From an uncultured Methanosarcinaceae archaeon (GTDB lineage Archaea; Halobacteriota; Methanosarcinia; Methanosarcinales; Methanosarcinaceae), in the NCBI GenBank assembly GCA_963833425.1, contig CAWHXP010000011.1, forward strand, positions 32,001-96,000: DNA of 64,000 nucleotides, given 5' to 3'. Each line of letters begins with the position of its first letter. The first letter of the stretch is position 1. Made by a program: the position numbers and the translations under genes. The notes below the pieces were generated by a model. The model did not search any database. It saw only the letters and a program-made list of their open reading frames with translations, and was not told where the DNA came from. This document shows positions 11,538 through 22,074 of this stretch, in pieces.

Positions 11538-12409
11538 CTTTCAACTAGATAATACTTCCAATTCTAAAAATAGCAAAAATCAAATTTGTGCTCATTTGAA
11601 AGAAAGTGGTTAAAAATTTCTTACAAAAAGTTTGCAAATATGGTTTAAATATAGCAAGCATGTTTTCTAATATATATGGATTGACATATAATAATTTAAC
11701 TTCAAACATATTCTTGAATACATTGGAAGTAATTATCTTATACTCCAATATAAAAATAAAATTATTCTATAGATGTTGGTAAACTTATTTATATATTTTT
11801 CTAATTTTAAAAAAATAGTTAGGGAACTACTTGACGGTTGAATTTTCCAGCGATGCCTCCACCGATGAGCATGAGATATGAGGAATCTAGTGCCGAATAT
11901 ATAGGTGAAGGACATGAATATAGGAAAAAAGCATTCTAAGAAAATCTATTTATCCAAAATTAACGTTAGCTATCGATTTCTTTTTTTTAGAAAGCAAAGA
12001 ATAAATCAAAAAAAATCCGGAAGAAACTCTAGTTTTAGGTAAGGCTCCTGGATATCCCAACTCTTTGATTAGGAATCCCAATATTTTTATTATGTACTTT
12101 TTTTTGCATAGAATGCGAACATGCTTTAAATTAATGCTGTATCCAGCTTTTGAATAAAGATGCCTAAAAGTGCTTTATTACAACAGTTTTTTCTGATCAA
12201 GGCAGTACCTTTACTTTAATTATATAATCGGAGTTTCTATTTTCTTAAATCAAAATATATCAAAAGACACATTTTTTGTATTTACTGTGCACGTAATCGA
12301 TAAAAATTTGTGTATTCTATGTTTTATGGTATGATCGAGTTTATGGCCACATAGGCGAAAATCTAGTTCTTTGTGGTTTCTTGTGATTGAAAATAATTAT
12401 CCAATTAAA

Positions 12410-12540
12410 CGAGGACTTCGGAAAAAATTAAAAATCATTATTAATGTTTAATCGATTTTTAATTATAAAAAAATATTATGAAGGATTATTTTTCTTTTAG
12501 AAACTATTTTTTGTATAATTAATTTAAAATAACTACGAAA
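12410..12540 (+). repeat. Partial third copy of the AT-rich module
   Basis: AATTAAAAATCATTATTAAT...GAAGGATTATTTTTCTTTTAGAAACTATTTTTTGTATAATTAATTTAAAATAACTACG matches the 3' half of copies 1 and 2. Confidence 0.75.
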
Positions 12541-12654
12541 AATGATACGGGATTATTTTTCGTTTAAAAACGATTTTTTATATAGTTAGTTTAAGATAAT
12601 TGTGGGGACAATTTTATATTGTACCCCTAAACGAACAAATACTTTGAAAAATTA

Positions 12655-12852
12655 GGAAATCACCACTGGAGTAGAATTGCTTGGAAGCATTGGTCGTATT
12701 TCAAATTAAATTATACTTGTGTGGGTCTATGTTCGAAGTGATTGGGACTGGACAGACAGTAGAGACAACTCTTCCAAGCTTTCATACATTCTTTTTTAAT
12801 GTGCTTGATTTGGCAGAATGCGTAATTTTCTGCAAAATCTGCTCCGTACCCT
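12655..12852 (+). ncRNA. Putative structured small RNA, copy B
   Basis: GCTTGGAAG (12679-87)/CTTCCAAGC (12771-79) stem; aligns with the reverse complement of 10980-11185; GGACAATTTTATATTG TATA-like element near 12606-12621. Confidence 0.5.
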
Positions 12853-12916
12853 TTGTCTCCACCACAAAAAAACAGTGTTTATTGTTTCATTGATGCAGAG
12901 ATTTTGCTATAAAATC

Positions 12917-13200
12917 TGTTCCGTTGCAAAAAAATATGCGGGGGATTCACTGAAATAAGTAGAAATTTAGGAGTATATATTATTCCAGTAAATTCCTTTA
13001 AATAGAAGCATTATGAAGGAGAAATTATCTTATTAAACGTAAGATGGTACTTAAAATATGCATTAAGCTATAGAAATTTAAAGGAAATGATGGCAGAAAG
13101 GGGAATAAAAGTCAACCATTAAGCAATCATAAGGGATATTTGACTTTTGTTTATTATCCATATATTTACATGCTTATTCTGAAATTTTTGCAACGGAACC
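12917..13200 (+). mobile_element. Internally deleted IS6-family element (~284 bp, non-autonomous)
   Basis: Both TIRs ((T)GTTCCGTTGCAAAA ... TTTTGCAACGGAACC); only the 5' end of the transposase (HYEGEIILLNVRWYLKYALSYRNLKEMMAERGI) retained. Confidence 0.85.
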
Positions 13201-13331
13201 TGGTAGAAGATTAAAGCAAAAAGTCATATCATCTAATTAAATTTAATCATGATATAACTTAATGCGTAAGTCCGAATTAAATTATGCATATAAATATACT
13301 CAAATTCGCTCTTTTGTCTTATTATAAATGC

Positions 13332-13775
13332 TCATCTTACAGCGAGTACTGATTTATTAGAATGTTGGACCACATTGTCGGAGATACTAGCATTCAGTAA
13401 TCCTTTAACCCCGGTCATCCCGTGAGCGCCCACAATGATAAGGTCAAATCATTTTTTTCTGCAAATTCGATAATGCCTTCTGAAGGGCTTCCTCGAAGAA
13501 TTAAAGATTCGACCTCAACGTTTGCAGCTTTTCCCACATTCTCAACATATGTGATTGCTTCTTTACCTTCTGTTGCGACCTTCTTAGCAAATGCCTTTCC
13601 CTAGTCCTCACTTGTGTCAAGAGTCATCGAAAAGAATGCCATTGCTATCATATGTAAAGCATACAGTTTTGCGCCGGTCATTTTAGCAATTTCAATTGCT
13701 GTATTTACAGCTTTTTCTGATGCTCCAGTACCATCGGTTGCAACCATTATCTTTTTGAAAATACAGTGTTCACAC
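13332..13775 (-). pseudogene. Universal stress protein (UspA), disrupted
   Basis: FKKIMVATDGTGASEKAVNTAIEIAK...GSPSEGIIEFAEKND; in-frame TAG at 13602-13604 plus frameshifts. Confidence 0.8.
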
Positions 13776-14212
13776 CTATTCCCCCTATTTTACATTATTT
13801 AACATTATAATATATTCCTCAATAAATATTTGCTGGTAGAAAAGCAAGCTTATAAGTAAATGAATATAATTGATTTTTAGTAAAAAATGTATCAGGAACG
13901 CTGGGCGAACATATCCTTTCGCTTGTGCGGGATGCACCAGCGCAAGTTTGATTCAGAATAAATATATTTAATTAAAATCTTAAATTAACTCCAAAAACCC
14001 CTGATTTAGTTTCAGCACTTCGCTAAAATCGGCTCTTTGCAATTTTGTGTGAGTTGAAAATAATTCTCTAGTTGAAGAGTTACCATACTAAAGAGAAATA
14101 TCGTACTTGAGTTTGATTTTCAGCAATAACTTCTCTCAAAGAGTATAATATCTTGCAAGTATATTTAAGAAATGACTTTAAATTACCGCTCAAAACCGCG
14201 ACTTAAATTATT

Positions 14213-14360
14213 TCAGAAAAAAACCGAAGATAATTCATATGCAATGACTGCAACTACAAAAGGACAGTTTCCGACATTCACAGTGGGTGTAATAGCGTTT
14301 GTGGTTGTGTTAATTGCAGACACATTATTGCTGTCAACGTTTGTAATATACGCATATTGC
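14213..14360 (-). pseudogene. YVTN beta-propeller repeat fragment
   Basis: YAYITNVDSNNVSAINTTTNAITPTVNVGNCPFVVAV, a single isolated blade. Confidence 0.65.
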
Positions 14361-14451
14361 ACTGTGCATGCGATACTTATAGCATAAAAATCAAACCTGT
14401 TGAGACTAAAGCTATCGAATACAATTTTTGTGTTCAATTTAATCGTTCATA

Positions 14452-14810
14452 CTACAGTTTTTTTAATCTAGACTCTAGATTCTCCTTTAAAGCTATGGCG
14501 TTATTAAAACGTTCATTCTTTGCGGCATATAACAAGGTTAAATCAGTTTTGTTTGCTTTTTCGATAAGTGTTTGTACATACTCTTCTTTTTGTTCCAATT
14601 CTTTAAGATAGCGTATCTTGAACTCTTCCCATTTTTCAGGATCATGGGAAAACCATTTTCTAAGCTCGTCATCCGGAGCTATTTCCTTTAGCCAGGCGTC
14701 AACCGGACTTCATTTTTACGGAGTCCTCTGGGCCAGAGCTTATCCACAAGTACCATCCCCCATCTTGATCGGAGGATTGTTCGTAAATCCTTTTAAGTCG
14801 GATCAACTGC
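14452..14810 (-). pseudogene. DUF488 (YeaO-like) protein, frameshifted
   Basis: IRLKRIYE..DG, VLVDKLWPRGLRK, WLKEIAPDDELRKWFSHDPEKWEEFKIRYLKEL, LTLLYAAK..NNAIALKE across frames. Confidence 0.8.
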
Positions 14811-15511
14811 TTTCCTTCATACTCATTATAGTATGCTTGTTATATACGAATATTATTTACTCATGTTTTTATTCTAGTATATTTATGTGTCCATATATTT
14901 AAAAACAACCGTTTCTTGAGGCAGAACTGAGAATAAATAATCATTATATTTAGAATTCTTGTTTTACAGCAATTGCATGATCTTTTCGACTTTGATCTTG
15001 AATGTTCAATGGAGGATTCCTGGATATTTGACCGTAGTGTGGCCAAAATACATAATGGCATTGGTTAGGGATCTATGTAGGTGTTACTACACAGTAACGC
15101 AGGATAATATTAAATGATACTTTACATCCAAAAATTTTGGAAAGATTTTGGAGTAAAACTAATTTATATACTCTAATTTTCATTTCTCTCTGTCTTTCAA
15201 CTGATCAAGGAGACTAGCCTTTCGCTTAGATTATATCTATGGCTTTCTTGTCCATTCTTGAAATTATATAGAGTCTGTATTTTTTTGGAAATGGGTGGGG
15301 TACAAAATTATTTAAAGCTTAATAATAATTATCCATTTAGGGAATCAGAACAGGAGAGATGGGCAAACCGAGCTAATGACAACAAGATGACGAAAATTGG
15401 GCAGAAGAATTTTTTTGGTGTCATTATTTCAAAACTGCCTGAAAATAAAAGTTTTGTATTAGAGTTCTATTAGTTAGTGGAACTCATGCGAATTTAGATA
15501 AAAAGGAAAGA

Positions 15512-17254
15512 ATGTATGGGGTAAAATTTATGGATTGTACACTTCGAGTCGGAGGAGAAGCTGGGCAGGGGCTGGTAACTGTAGGAGGAGCTCTTTCAAA
15601 GGTCTTTTCCATAATAGGATATTATGTATTTACGCACCAGGATTACATGTCCAGGGTACGTGGTGGTCACAATTTTTACCAGATTCGCCTTTCCGACCAT
15701 GAGATATTCGCCTCCAGAGAGATGGTCGATATTCTCTTGGCTCTTGACCTGAATACTATAGAAATTCACAGAAAAAGTGTGAGAGATGAGGGATTTATTC
15801 TCTATGATTCTGGAATTACCAAAAAGAAATTTGAAGAACCTGAGTTTATGGATATTCCTTTCAGAAAAATAGCTCTTGATGTCGGAAAGGAAAGCATTAT
15901 GGTAAATACAGTAGCAACTGGAGCAGCACTTGGGATGCTTGGTATTGGGCTTGATGCCTTCAAGAATGTTCTAAGAAAAGCTTTCAAGGAAAAAGGGGGT
16001 GAAATAATCCAGAGCAATATAGCATGTGCAGAAGCTGGGTATAATTATGCTCATACAAACTGCACTAACTGCGGAGCTTTCGGAATCCATGAACCTGAGT
16101 ACAAAAAGCTAATGCTCATTGACGGGGTTCATGCAATCGGAATAGGAGCTGTTATTTCTGGTTGTAAGTTTTATTCCGGTTACCCTATGACGCCTTCAAC
16201 GGGAATTCTTGATTATATGGCCTCTAGAGCAGAAGAGTATAACTTAGTCGTTGAGCAGGCTGAAGATGAAATTGCGGCCATTAATATGGCTATAGGAGCC
16301 TCTTTTGCAGGTGTAAGGGCGATGACCGGAACTTCGGGTGGAGGATTTGCTCTGATGGTAGAAGGTCTTTCTCTGGCAGGAATGACCGAAACTCCTATTG
16401 TGATTGCAGAAATGCAGCGTCCTGGACCTGCAACCGGTTTGCCGACACGTACGGAGCAGGCAGACTTGCTTTTTATTCTTCATGCAGCACATGGAGAGTT
16501 TCCTAGAGTAATTTTTGAGCCCGGAAATCCAAAACAGGCTTTTTACTTAACCAATAAGGCTTTTGATCTTGCTGAAAAGTATCAGGTTCCCGTGTTCATC
16601 CAGTCGGACCAATATCTTGTGGATACTGAATGGACATATGAAACGTTCGACCTCGAGCATCTTATTTACAAAGATTACCGATTTAGACAAAAAGACCTTG
16701 AAGATGTTGAGGAGTATAAACGTTTTAAATATTCTGATACAGGAATCTCCCCCCTTGCGGTCCCCGGAGAAGCTGGAAGGCACCTGGTAGTAGCTGATAG
16801 TGATGAACATGACGAAGAAGGACATATTATAGAAGATAGTGAAACCCGTATTAAAATGGTTAAAAAAAGGCTGTTCAAGAAATTGTCCCTTATAAGGAAG
16901 GAAATGGAACCACCGTTTCTTTATGGAGACGCTTCTCCAAGTGTGGTGCTCATAGGGCACGGCTCTACTCATGGGGTATTAAAAGAGGTTGTTGATACTT
17001 ATTTTAGGGATCAAAAGGTTGCGATGATGCATTTCAGCCAGATATATCCCCTCCCAGAGCGGGGTAAGTTTGATTATATCGAGCTTCTTAAGAACGCAGA
17101 CCTTACCGTCAATATAGAAAATAATGCAAGCGGACAATTTGCAAAACTAATGCTAGCAGAAACAGGGTTTGAATTCTCCAACCAAATTTCAAAGTATGAT
17201 GGGAGGCCTTTTACCATCGAAAACCTGAAGGAGGAATTGCATGCCTACTTCTGA
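15512..17254 (+). CDS. korA: 2-oxoacid:ferredoxin oxidoreductase alpha subunit (gamma-alpha fusion)
   Basis: GGEAGQG, YMSRVRGGHN, GYPMTPST, QAEDEIAA, TSGGGFALM, QRPGPATGLPT motifs. Confidence 0.93.
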   Translation: MYGVKFMDCTLRVGGEAGQGLVTVGGALSKVFSIIGYYVFTHQDYMSRVRGGHNFYQIRLSDHEIFASREMVDILLALDLNTIEIHRKSVRDEGFILYDSGITKKKFEEPEFMDIPFRKIALDVGKESIMVNTVATGAALGMLGIGLDAFKNVLRKAFKEKGGEIIQSNIACAEAGYNYAHTNCTNCGAFGIHEPEYKKLMLIDGVHAIGIGAVISGCKFYSGYPMTPSTGILDYMASRAEEYNLVVEQAEDEIAAINMAIGASFAGVRAMTGTSGGGFALMVEGLSLAGMTETPIVIAEMQRPGPATGLPTRTEQADLLFILHAAHGEFPRVIFEPGNPKQAFYLTNKAFDLAEKYQVPVFIQSDQYLVDTEWTYETFDLEHLIYKDYRFRQKDLEDVEEYKRFKYSDTGISPLAVPGEAGRHLVVADSDEHDEEGHIIEDSETRIKMVKKRLFKKLSLIRKEMEPPFLYGDASPSVVLIGHGSTHGVLKEVVDTYFRDQKVAMMHFSQIYPLPERGKFDYIELLKNADLTVNIENNASGQFAKLMLAETGFEFSNQISKYDGRPFTIENLKEELHAYF

Positions 17255-18092
17255 AGATTACGAGGGACAGGTTCCGGCCTGGTGCCCAGGATGTGGAAAT
17301 TTCAATATCCTTTCGACTATCAAGCAAGCACTAGCAGAACTTGGTATCGAGCCATGGGAAGTGCTTGTAGTTTCGGGAATAGGCCAGTCTGGAAAATTGC
17401 CCCACTATATTAGATGCCACACTTTTAATGGGTTACATGGCAGAACCCTGCCAGTAGCTACTGCTGCAAAACTTACCAATCACTTTTTGCAAGTAATTGC
17501 GGTTGCAGGAGATGGGGATTGTTATGGGGAAGGTGGGAATCATTTCCTTCACACAATTCGTCGCAACCCGAATATTTCTTTGTTCGTGCATAACAACCAG
17601 ATTTATGGACTGACAAAAGGACAGGCATCTCCTACCACAGCCAAGGGGACCCGCACAAAAATACAGCCATATGGTGTCCCTGAAGAGCCATTGAACCCGC
17701 TTGCTCTGGCAATTTCCCAGGACTGCAGTTTTGTAGCCAGGGGTTTTTCAGGGGATCCGGATTACCTAAAAGATCTTATGAAGGCCGCTATAACACACAA
17801 AGGTTTTTCCCTCCTTGACATCCTTCAACCTTGTATTACCTTTAATAAGATAAATACTTTCAAGTGGTATCAAAACAGGGTATATAAATTGGAAGAAGGA
17901 TATGATCCCAATAACCGCTTAAAGGCATTTGAAAGGTCTCTTGAATGGGGAGATAAGATTCCCAACGGCATTTTTTATCAAAATGCGCGCGAGACTCTCG
18001 AGGATGGAGTCCCAGCGATTCAGGAAAAGCCTCTTGTAAGGCAAAAATTTTCTATTGAGGATGTGAAGCACGAAATTGAAAAATTTTATTAA
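17241..18092 (+). CDS. korB: 2-oxoacid:ferredoxin oxidoreductase beta subunit (TPP-binding)
   Basis: WCPGCGN, SGIGQSG, LHGR, GDGD, NNQIYGLTKGQASPTT; overlaps the alpha gene. Confidence 0.93.
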   Translation: MPTSEDYEGQVPAWCPGCGNFNILSTIKQALAELGIEPWEVLVVSGIGQSGKLPHYIRCHTFNGLHGRTLPVATAAKLTNHFLQVIAVAGDGDCYGEGGNHFLHTIRRNPNISLFVHNNQIYGLTKGQASPTTAKGTRTKIQPYGVPEEPLNPLALAISQDCSFVARGFSGDPDYLKDLMKAAITHKGFSLLDILQPCITFNKINTFKWYQNRVYKLEEGYDPNNRLKAFERSLEWGDKIPNGIFYQNARETLEDGVPAIQEKPLVRQKFSIEDVKHEIEKFY

Positions 18093-18355
18093 AATCAGCT
18101 ATATAAAATTCTCGGTTGATAGCACAATATTCTAATTTGACAGAAGAGCCATTGGAAATAAAGAATATAAGTTGTAATTTTACTTCTAAAAAAGCGCATC
18201 TTATATGTCTGATTTTGTTCTATCAACAGATAACTTCACCAATCTTCCTTAGGTTTTAATAATTGTGATTTTTGATATATATTATATTTAAAAGATTCCG
18301 AACTTTATTCTTCTTCCTTTGAATTCTCTTTTTGAATCAATTTCTCAGTTTGTGT

Positions 18356-19360
18356 TCATTCTTCAAGCATGAGTTCTCCCTTCAAATATGAGGCCGCTTT
18401 TTCGGGAGGAACCGTATTGATATAAGTTCCTGTATTCAGCTCAAATCCTGCACTAATAGAAAGTCTAGGAAGAAGCCGAAGATTTAGGTGATATTTAGAA
18501 TTTTTGAAAAGCTGGTAAAACATATAGTTAAAAGGAACATTTCCTAAGACTCTTCTGTAACTTCTGAGAGAATATCTTAAAGCGTCTCCAAGGGCAAAAA
18601 GGAGTTTATCATTGCAATCTCCGAGAAAACTCATATGTTTCCTAGGAAGAATCCATACTTCAAATGATCCCATCGAATAATAAGGAGCAAAGGCGATCCA
18701 TTCACTATTTTCATAAATGAGTCTAGATGAAGCTTTTTCCTTAGCAAAGATTGCACAGTAAGGACAATTTTCTCTTTCTTTAATAGCCTTCATTTCCCTT
18801 TCAAGTGAAGGAGGGCAAAAAGGAAGGGCGATAAGCTGACTATGTGAATGATCTAGGGATGCACCTGCATCTTTCCCTGAATTTTTGAATAGAGAGATAT
18901 AGCGTATTTTTTCCTGAGTTATATAATTACATGTGCGGTCTCTATAAACATTCATGAGTCCTGCGATCTCAAGGTCAGAAAAATCTTCTAGTCTTCTCCA
19001 ATGCAAAGGTGATTCTATAATAACTTCATGAAAACCATATCCAGGTTCAGACTGCAAGCCAATTTCTTGATTTTCCAGAATATCAGGGACAGGAGAAAGG
19101 GTAGGATAGAGATTCGGAAAACATCGAAAATCCCAGTTAACTATTCTCTTTTCAGGAGTATCTACAAAAATTTTCCCATCTTTATATACTGCAGTAGCTA
19201 GGGGAGTATCTGCCTCAGCTCCTCCACAAAACGAACAACTTACAGTACTGGATTTCACTAAACTTTCAGCTATATCAGCAAAATCCGAAGGTCTTTTAGT
19301 TCTTTCTTCAGCAATTATGCAGTATTCAAAAAGAAAATAATGCTTTCTGATTTCTGACAT
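18356..19360 (-). CDS. galT: Galactose-1-phosphate uridylyltransferase
   Basis: ERTKRP, CSFC, FPNLYP, GFHEVIIESPLH, FKNSGKDAGASLDHSHSQL catalytic motif. Confidence 0.9.
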   Translation of the reverse strand: MSEIRKHYFLFEYCIIAEERTKRPSDFADIAESLVKSSTVSCSFCGGAEADTPLATAVYKDGKIFVDTPEKRIVNWDFRCFPNLYPTLSPVPDILENQEIGLQSEPGYGFHEVIIESPLHWRRLEDFSDLEIAGLMNVYRDRTCNYITQEKIRYISLFKNSGKDAGASLDHSHSQLIALPFCPPSLEREMKAIKERENCPYCAIFAKEKASSRLIYENSEWIAFAPYYSMGSFEVWILPRKHMSFLGDCNDKLLFALGDALRYSLRSYRRVLGNVPFNYMFYQLFKNSKYHLNLRLLPRLSISAGFELNTGTYINTVPPEKAASYLKGELMLEE

Positions 19361-20434
19361 AAGGTAAACCCCATTATTCTTAGTTGGTACTTTCCGATTT
19401 TTTCTTTCTCTCGATTGTTGGGGATCTTATAGGATAAATCCATTTTTATTTGTGGCCCTTTTTATCTGCTTCTCCAAATGTACACCTTAAAATTAACGAT
19501 ATAATTCTTTTCTATTCCTTCAAGTGTACAAACGTAGACTTTTATGAATTATTGCCTACTCTATGTGTAGATTTCTACGGATTAGGAATCTTTTTGATAT
19601 TTTCTAATTTTTCTTCAATTTTGAACGAATTAATCACCGCAGAAGGAAAAAAAGCCTCAAAAATTCCTGTGCGAATTCTTGGTACTAGACTAAGATATTG
19701 GTATAAGGTTCATTAAAGTATTTAATAAGGAATCTACAATAACAATAACTTCGGGGTGTAATTTTAAATAAAGTGAGGTAAAATTATGTAAAATAATGAA
19801 AACATATTAATCCAACCGTATTTTTAGTATGTGCTTGTTGGATAGCACCGAATGGTGATTATCGGATTGAAGTGTTGGGCTAAATAAAGACTCAAACATG
19901 ATATTGTAGTCTATGTTTTTCGGATAGGAAGATCTCAACTGATAAACTATTCTGTGTGGGCAAAAAACACGGTTTCTAAGCAGGAAGGTTCTGTTAGAAT
20001 ACAGTATGCATATGTAACTTGAAACGGATTAAATGACATAGCGTTTTATTGCTATTATGGAAAAATACTTAGAAATGATTAAAAAATCTGGTCGTGTTAA
20101 ATCTTTAAGCAAGTGGTAAATAAATATAATGTTCTGATAGCTCTTAGTGAGTTGGTTCTGTAAATATTAATGCGTAATAAAATGTTGCTACATCTGTAAT
20201 TCTAGTGTATTAAAAAAAATTTATATATGCATATATCAATAATTTCGTGTCTTACCGGAATCCCCTTCGGAGATCTTTCCCCTCGTTTCTTCGGTTGCTT
20301 TCTTCGTGATATTTTGGTGTGGATCATAAATCAAAAATAAATTTTTTGTATAGATGACTCATGATTAGTAATGATTTTCAATTCAAACTCAGTAGTGAAG
20401 AGCAAAGCAAAACGTTATTTAAAAATAAACTATA

Positions 20435-21064
20435 GAGGATTTCGATAAACTTCGGATTTTATTTCTAGCAGGGATTTCTCATATCTTTCCCTCAATTTCT
20501 CTCTTTAATTCCTCTTTTTGCCTCATCTCCTCGAGGTTTATCTGCTTTTGCATGTCCTGGATCTGAATGGATAAAAGTAGCATCCTGAATCATCCTGCTT
20601 TATCTGTAAACCCAGAGCATAAAGTTGGCTTTGCGACTTTCCCCATATTTTCTTTGAAATTTTCGCTAATTCTCTCCCTAAATAGCCATACAGTAGTACT
20701 GTAAGGTACGTATTCCAGAAATACAAGTAATTTCCTAAAAGAAATTCTATCTATACACTGTTTCTCAAGTTCAAAATCAGAGAGCTCCTGCCATTGTTGT
20801 AAAACAAGCATTTTGAACATCACAATGACATCAGTTTCAGGTCTCCCTTCTGAAACGGTTTTGCTAATATACATAGACTCAAGAATAATACGAAACGTTT
20901 TCCAATCAATTAAGGAATCAATTTCAGCAAGCTTATCTCCAACAGATTCAAGACGTTTATACTCTTCTTTAAGAGCAAAACAGAAGAGTTTCCATGAATA
21001 TAGATAAGTTTTGACAAATTTAAAGCCAACCATGCTCAAGAGCATGGAGTTTATCGAAATTCTC
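20435..21064 (-). mobile_element. Internally deleted IS5-family element (~630 bp)
   Basis: TIRs GAGGATTTCGATAAAC ... GTTTATCGAAATTCTC flanked by TA; transposase N-terminus GRPETDVIVMFKMLVLQQW..LSD..DRISFRK..TTVWLFRE. Confidence 0.85.
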
Positions 21065-21225
21065 TATAATCATTATCTAAAAATTCATTTTAAGATCAAA
21101 ATTTAATTTTAATATAGAGTCGATATAGCAAAATGGATGGGTGTGAGCTCGTTAACTCGTGAACAAAAGTTTAAAGAATGAGCTAACAAGGCTTCAAGCT
21201 TTAATTTACTAGCAGTTCACTTACT

Positions 21226-21432
21226 TTATTTATGTTTGGATGCGTAAACAAGGCCTTTGACAACTCCAATTGAAACCATTGCTATCAGCAATGCAGTTAA
21301 TAGAACCATAAGAAGGTTTTTCTCGTCAGCATATTTAAACATGAAGTGGAATAAAAAAGCACTTAAAATTGCTCCAACACCCACTAAGATTAATGTTTGG
21401 CTTCCTAAAATTTTTTCTGTATCCTTGCTCAT
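21226..21432 (-). CDS. Small two-TM membrane protein
   Basis: 68 aa, two hydrophobic helices, GGAG upstream. Confidence 0.65.
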   Translation of the reverse strand: MSKDTEKILGSQTLILVGVGAILSAFLFHFMFKYADEKNLLMVLLTALLIAMVSIGVVKGLVYASKHK

Positions 21433-21852
21433 CGCCCATTATCTCCAGAAAATAATTGCCAACAAATGGCGGAGGATTTCTATAAATTCTAATTTTTGGC
21501 TTTTTATTTATAAACGTATGTGTCAACACTTTGTTAAAATCGAAGGTTTAAATGAAATTTTCTAAGATTTAAAGTTTGCGAAAAGTCAGAAGCTTAATAA
21601 AAAAATCATGGATAGTTAGTTATATTTATGAGGTTGTTAGATATCCATAAACAAGATTGTTTATTCAACCTGCTTTCCAAGATGTACTCAAGAATTCCAT
21701 TTATTTTCCCAATATGACAGTAGCTTAAAAATTAATCTAACTTTCAGTGAGGATAGCTGGTAAATGGGCTAAGAAATTATATATCTGTGTATATATACAA
21801 AATATCGAATTTGAGTATTTGTGGAATATACTACCATTTAAAAATTACATAT

Positions 21853-22074
21853 TCAGAGAAATTCAAGACAAAGATCTACGTAGTATTCTCTTGCAATATT
21901 TTTTAGCCAATCAGGCACCAGACAATTCCTGTCAGCTATGATTTCATTCAGGTAGTATAGAGATTCTTCTGTTCTACACTCGCTGAGCCTTTTTATGGCA
22001 GTTCTCCTCCCCCATGAAGATCTTTCATCATCAAGAGCTTCAATGTAAAGCTGATATTCTTTACTATCATCCAT
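21853..22074 (-). CDS. Small hypothetical protein (HEAT-like)
   Basis: MDDSKEYQLYIEALDDERSSWGRRTAIKRLSEC...; internal ATG taken as the probable start. Confidence 0.6.
   Translation of the reverse strand: MDDSKEYQLYIEALDDERSSWGRRTAIKRLSECRTEESLYYLNEIIADRNCLVPDWLKNIAREYYVDLCLEFL

Noticed and set aside
13899..13943. GC-rich hairpin CGCTGG...CCAGCG
   Set aside because: Single occurrence, short; could be an IS-end remnant, and there is no support for an RNA gene
15802..16972. Antisense/overlapping ORFs within korA (and similar ones inside dapB, arfC, the CBS gene, pyk)
   Set aside because: Shadow ORFs of well-supported genes, no motifs
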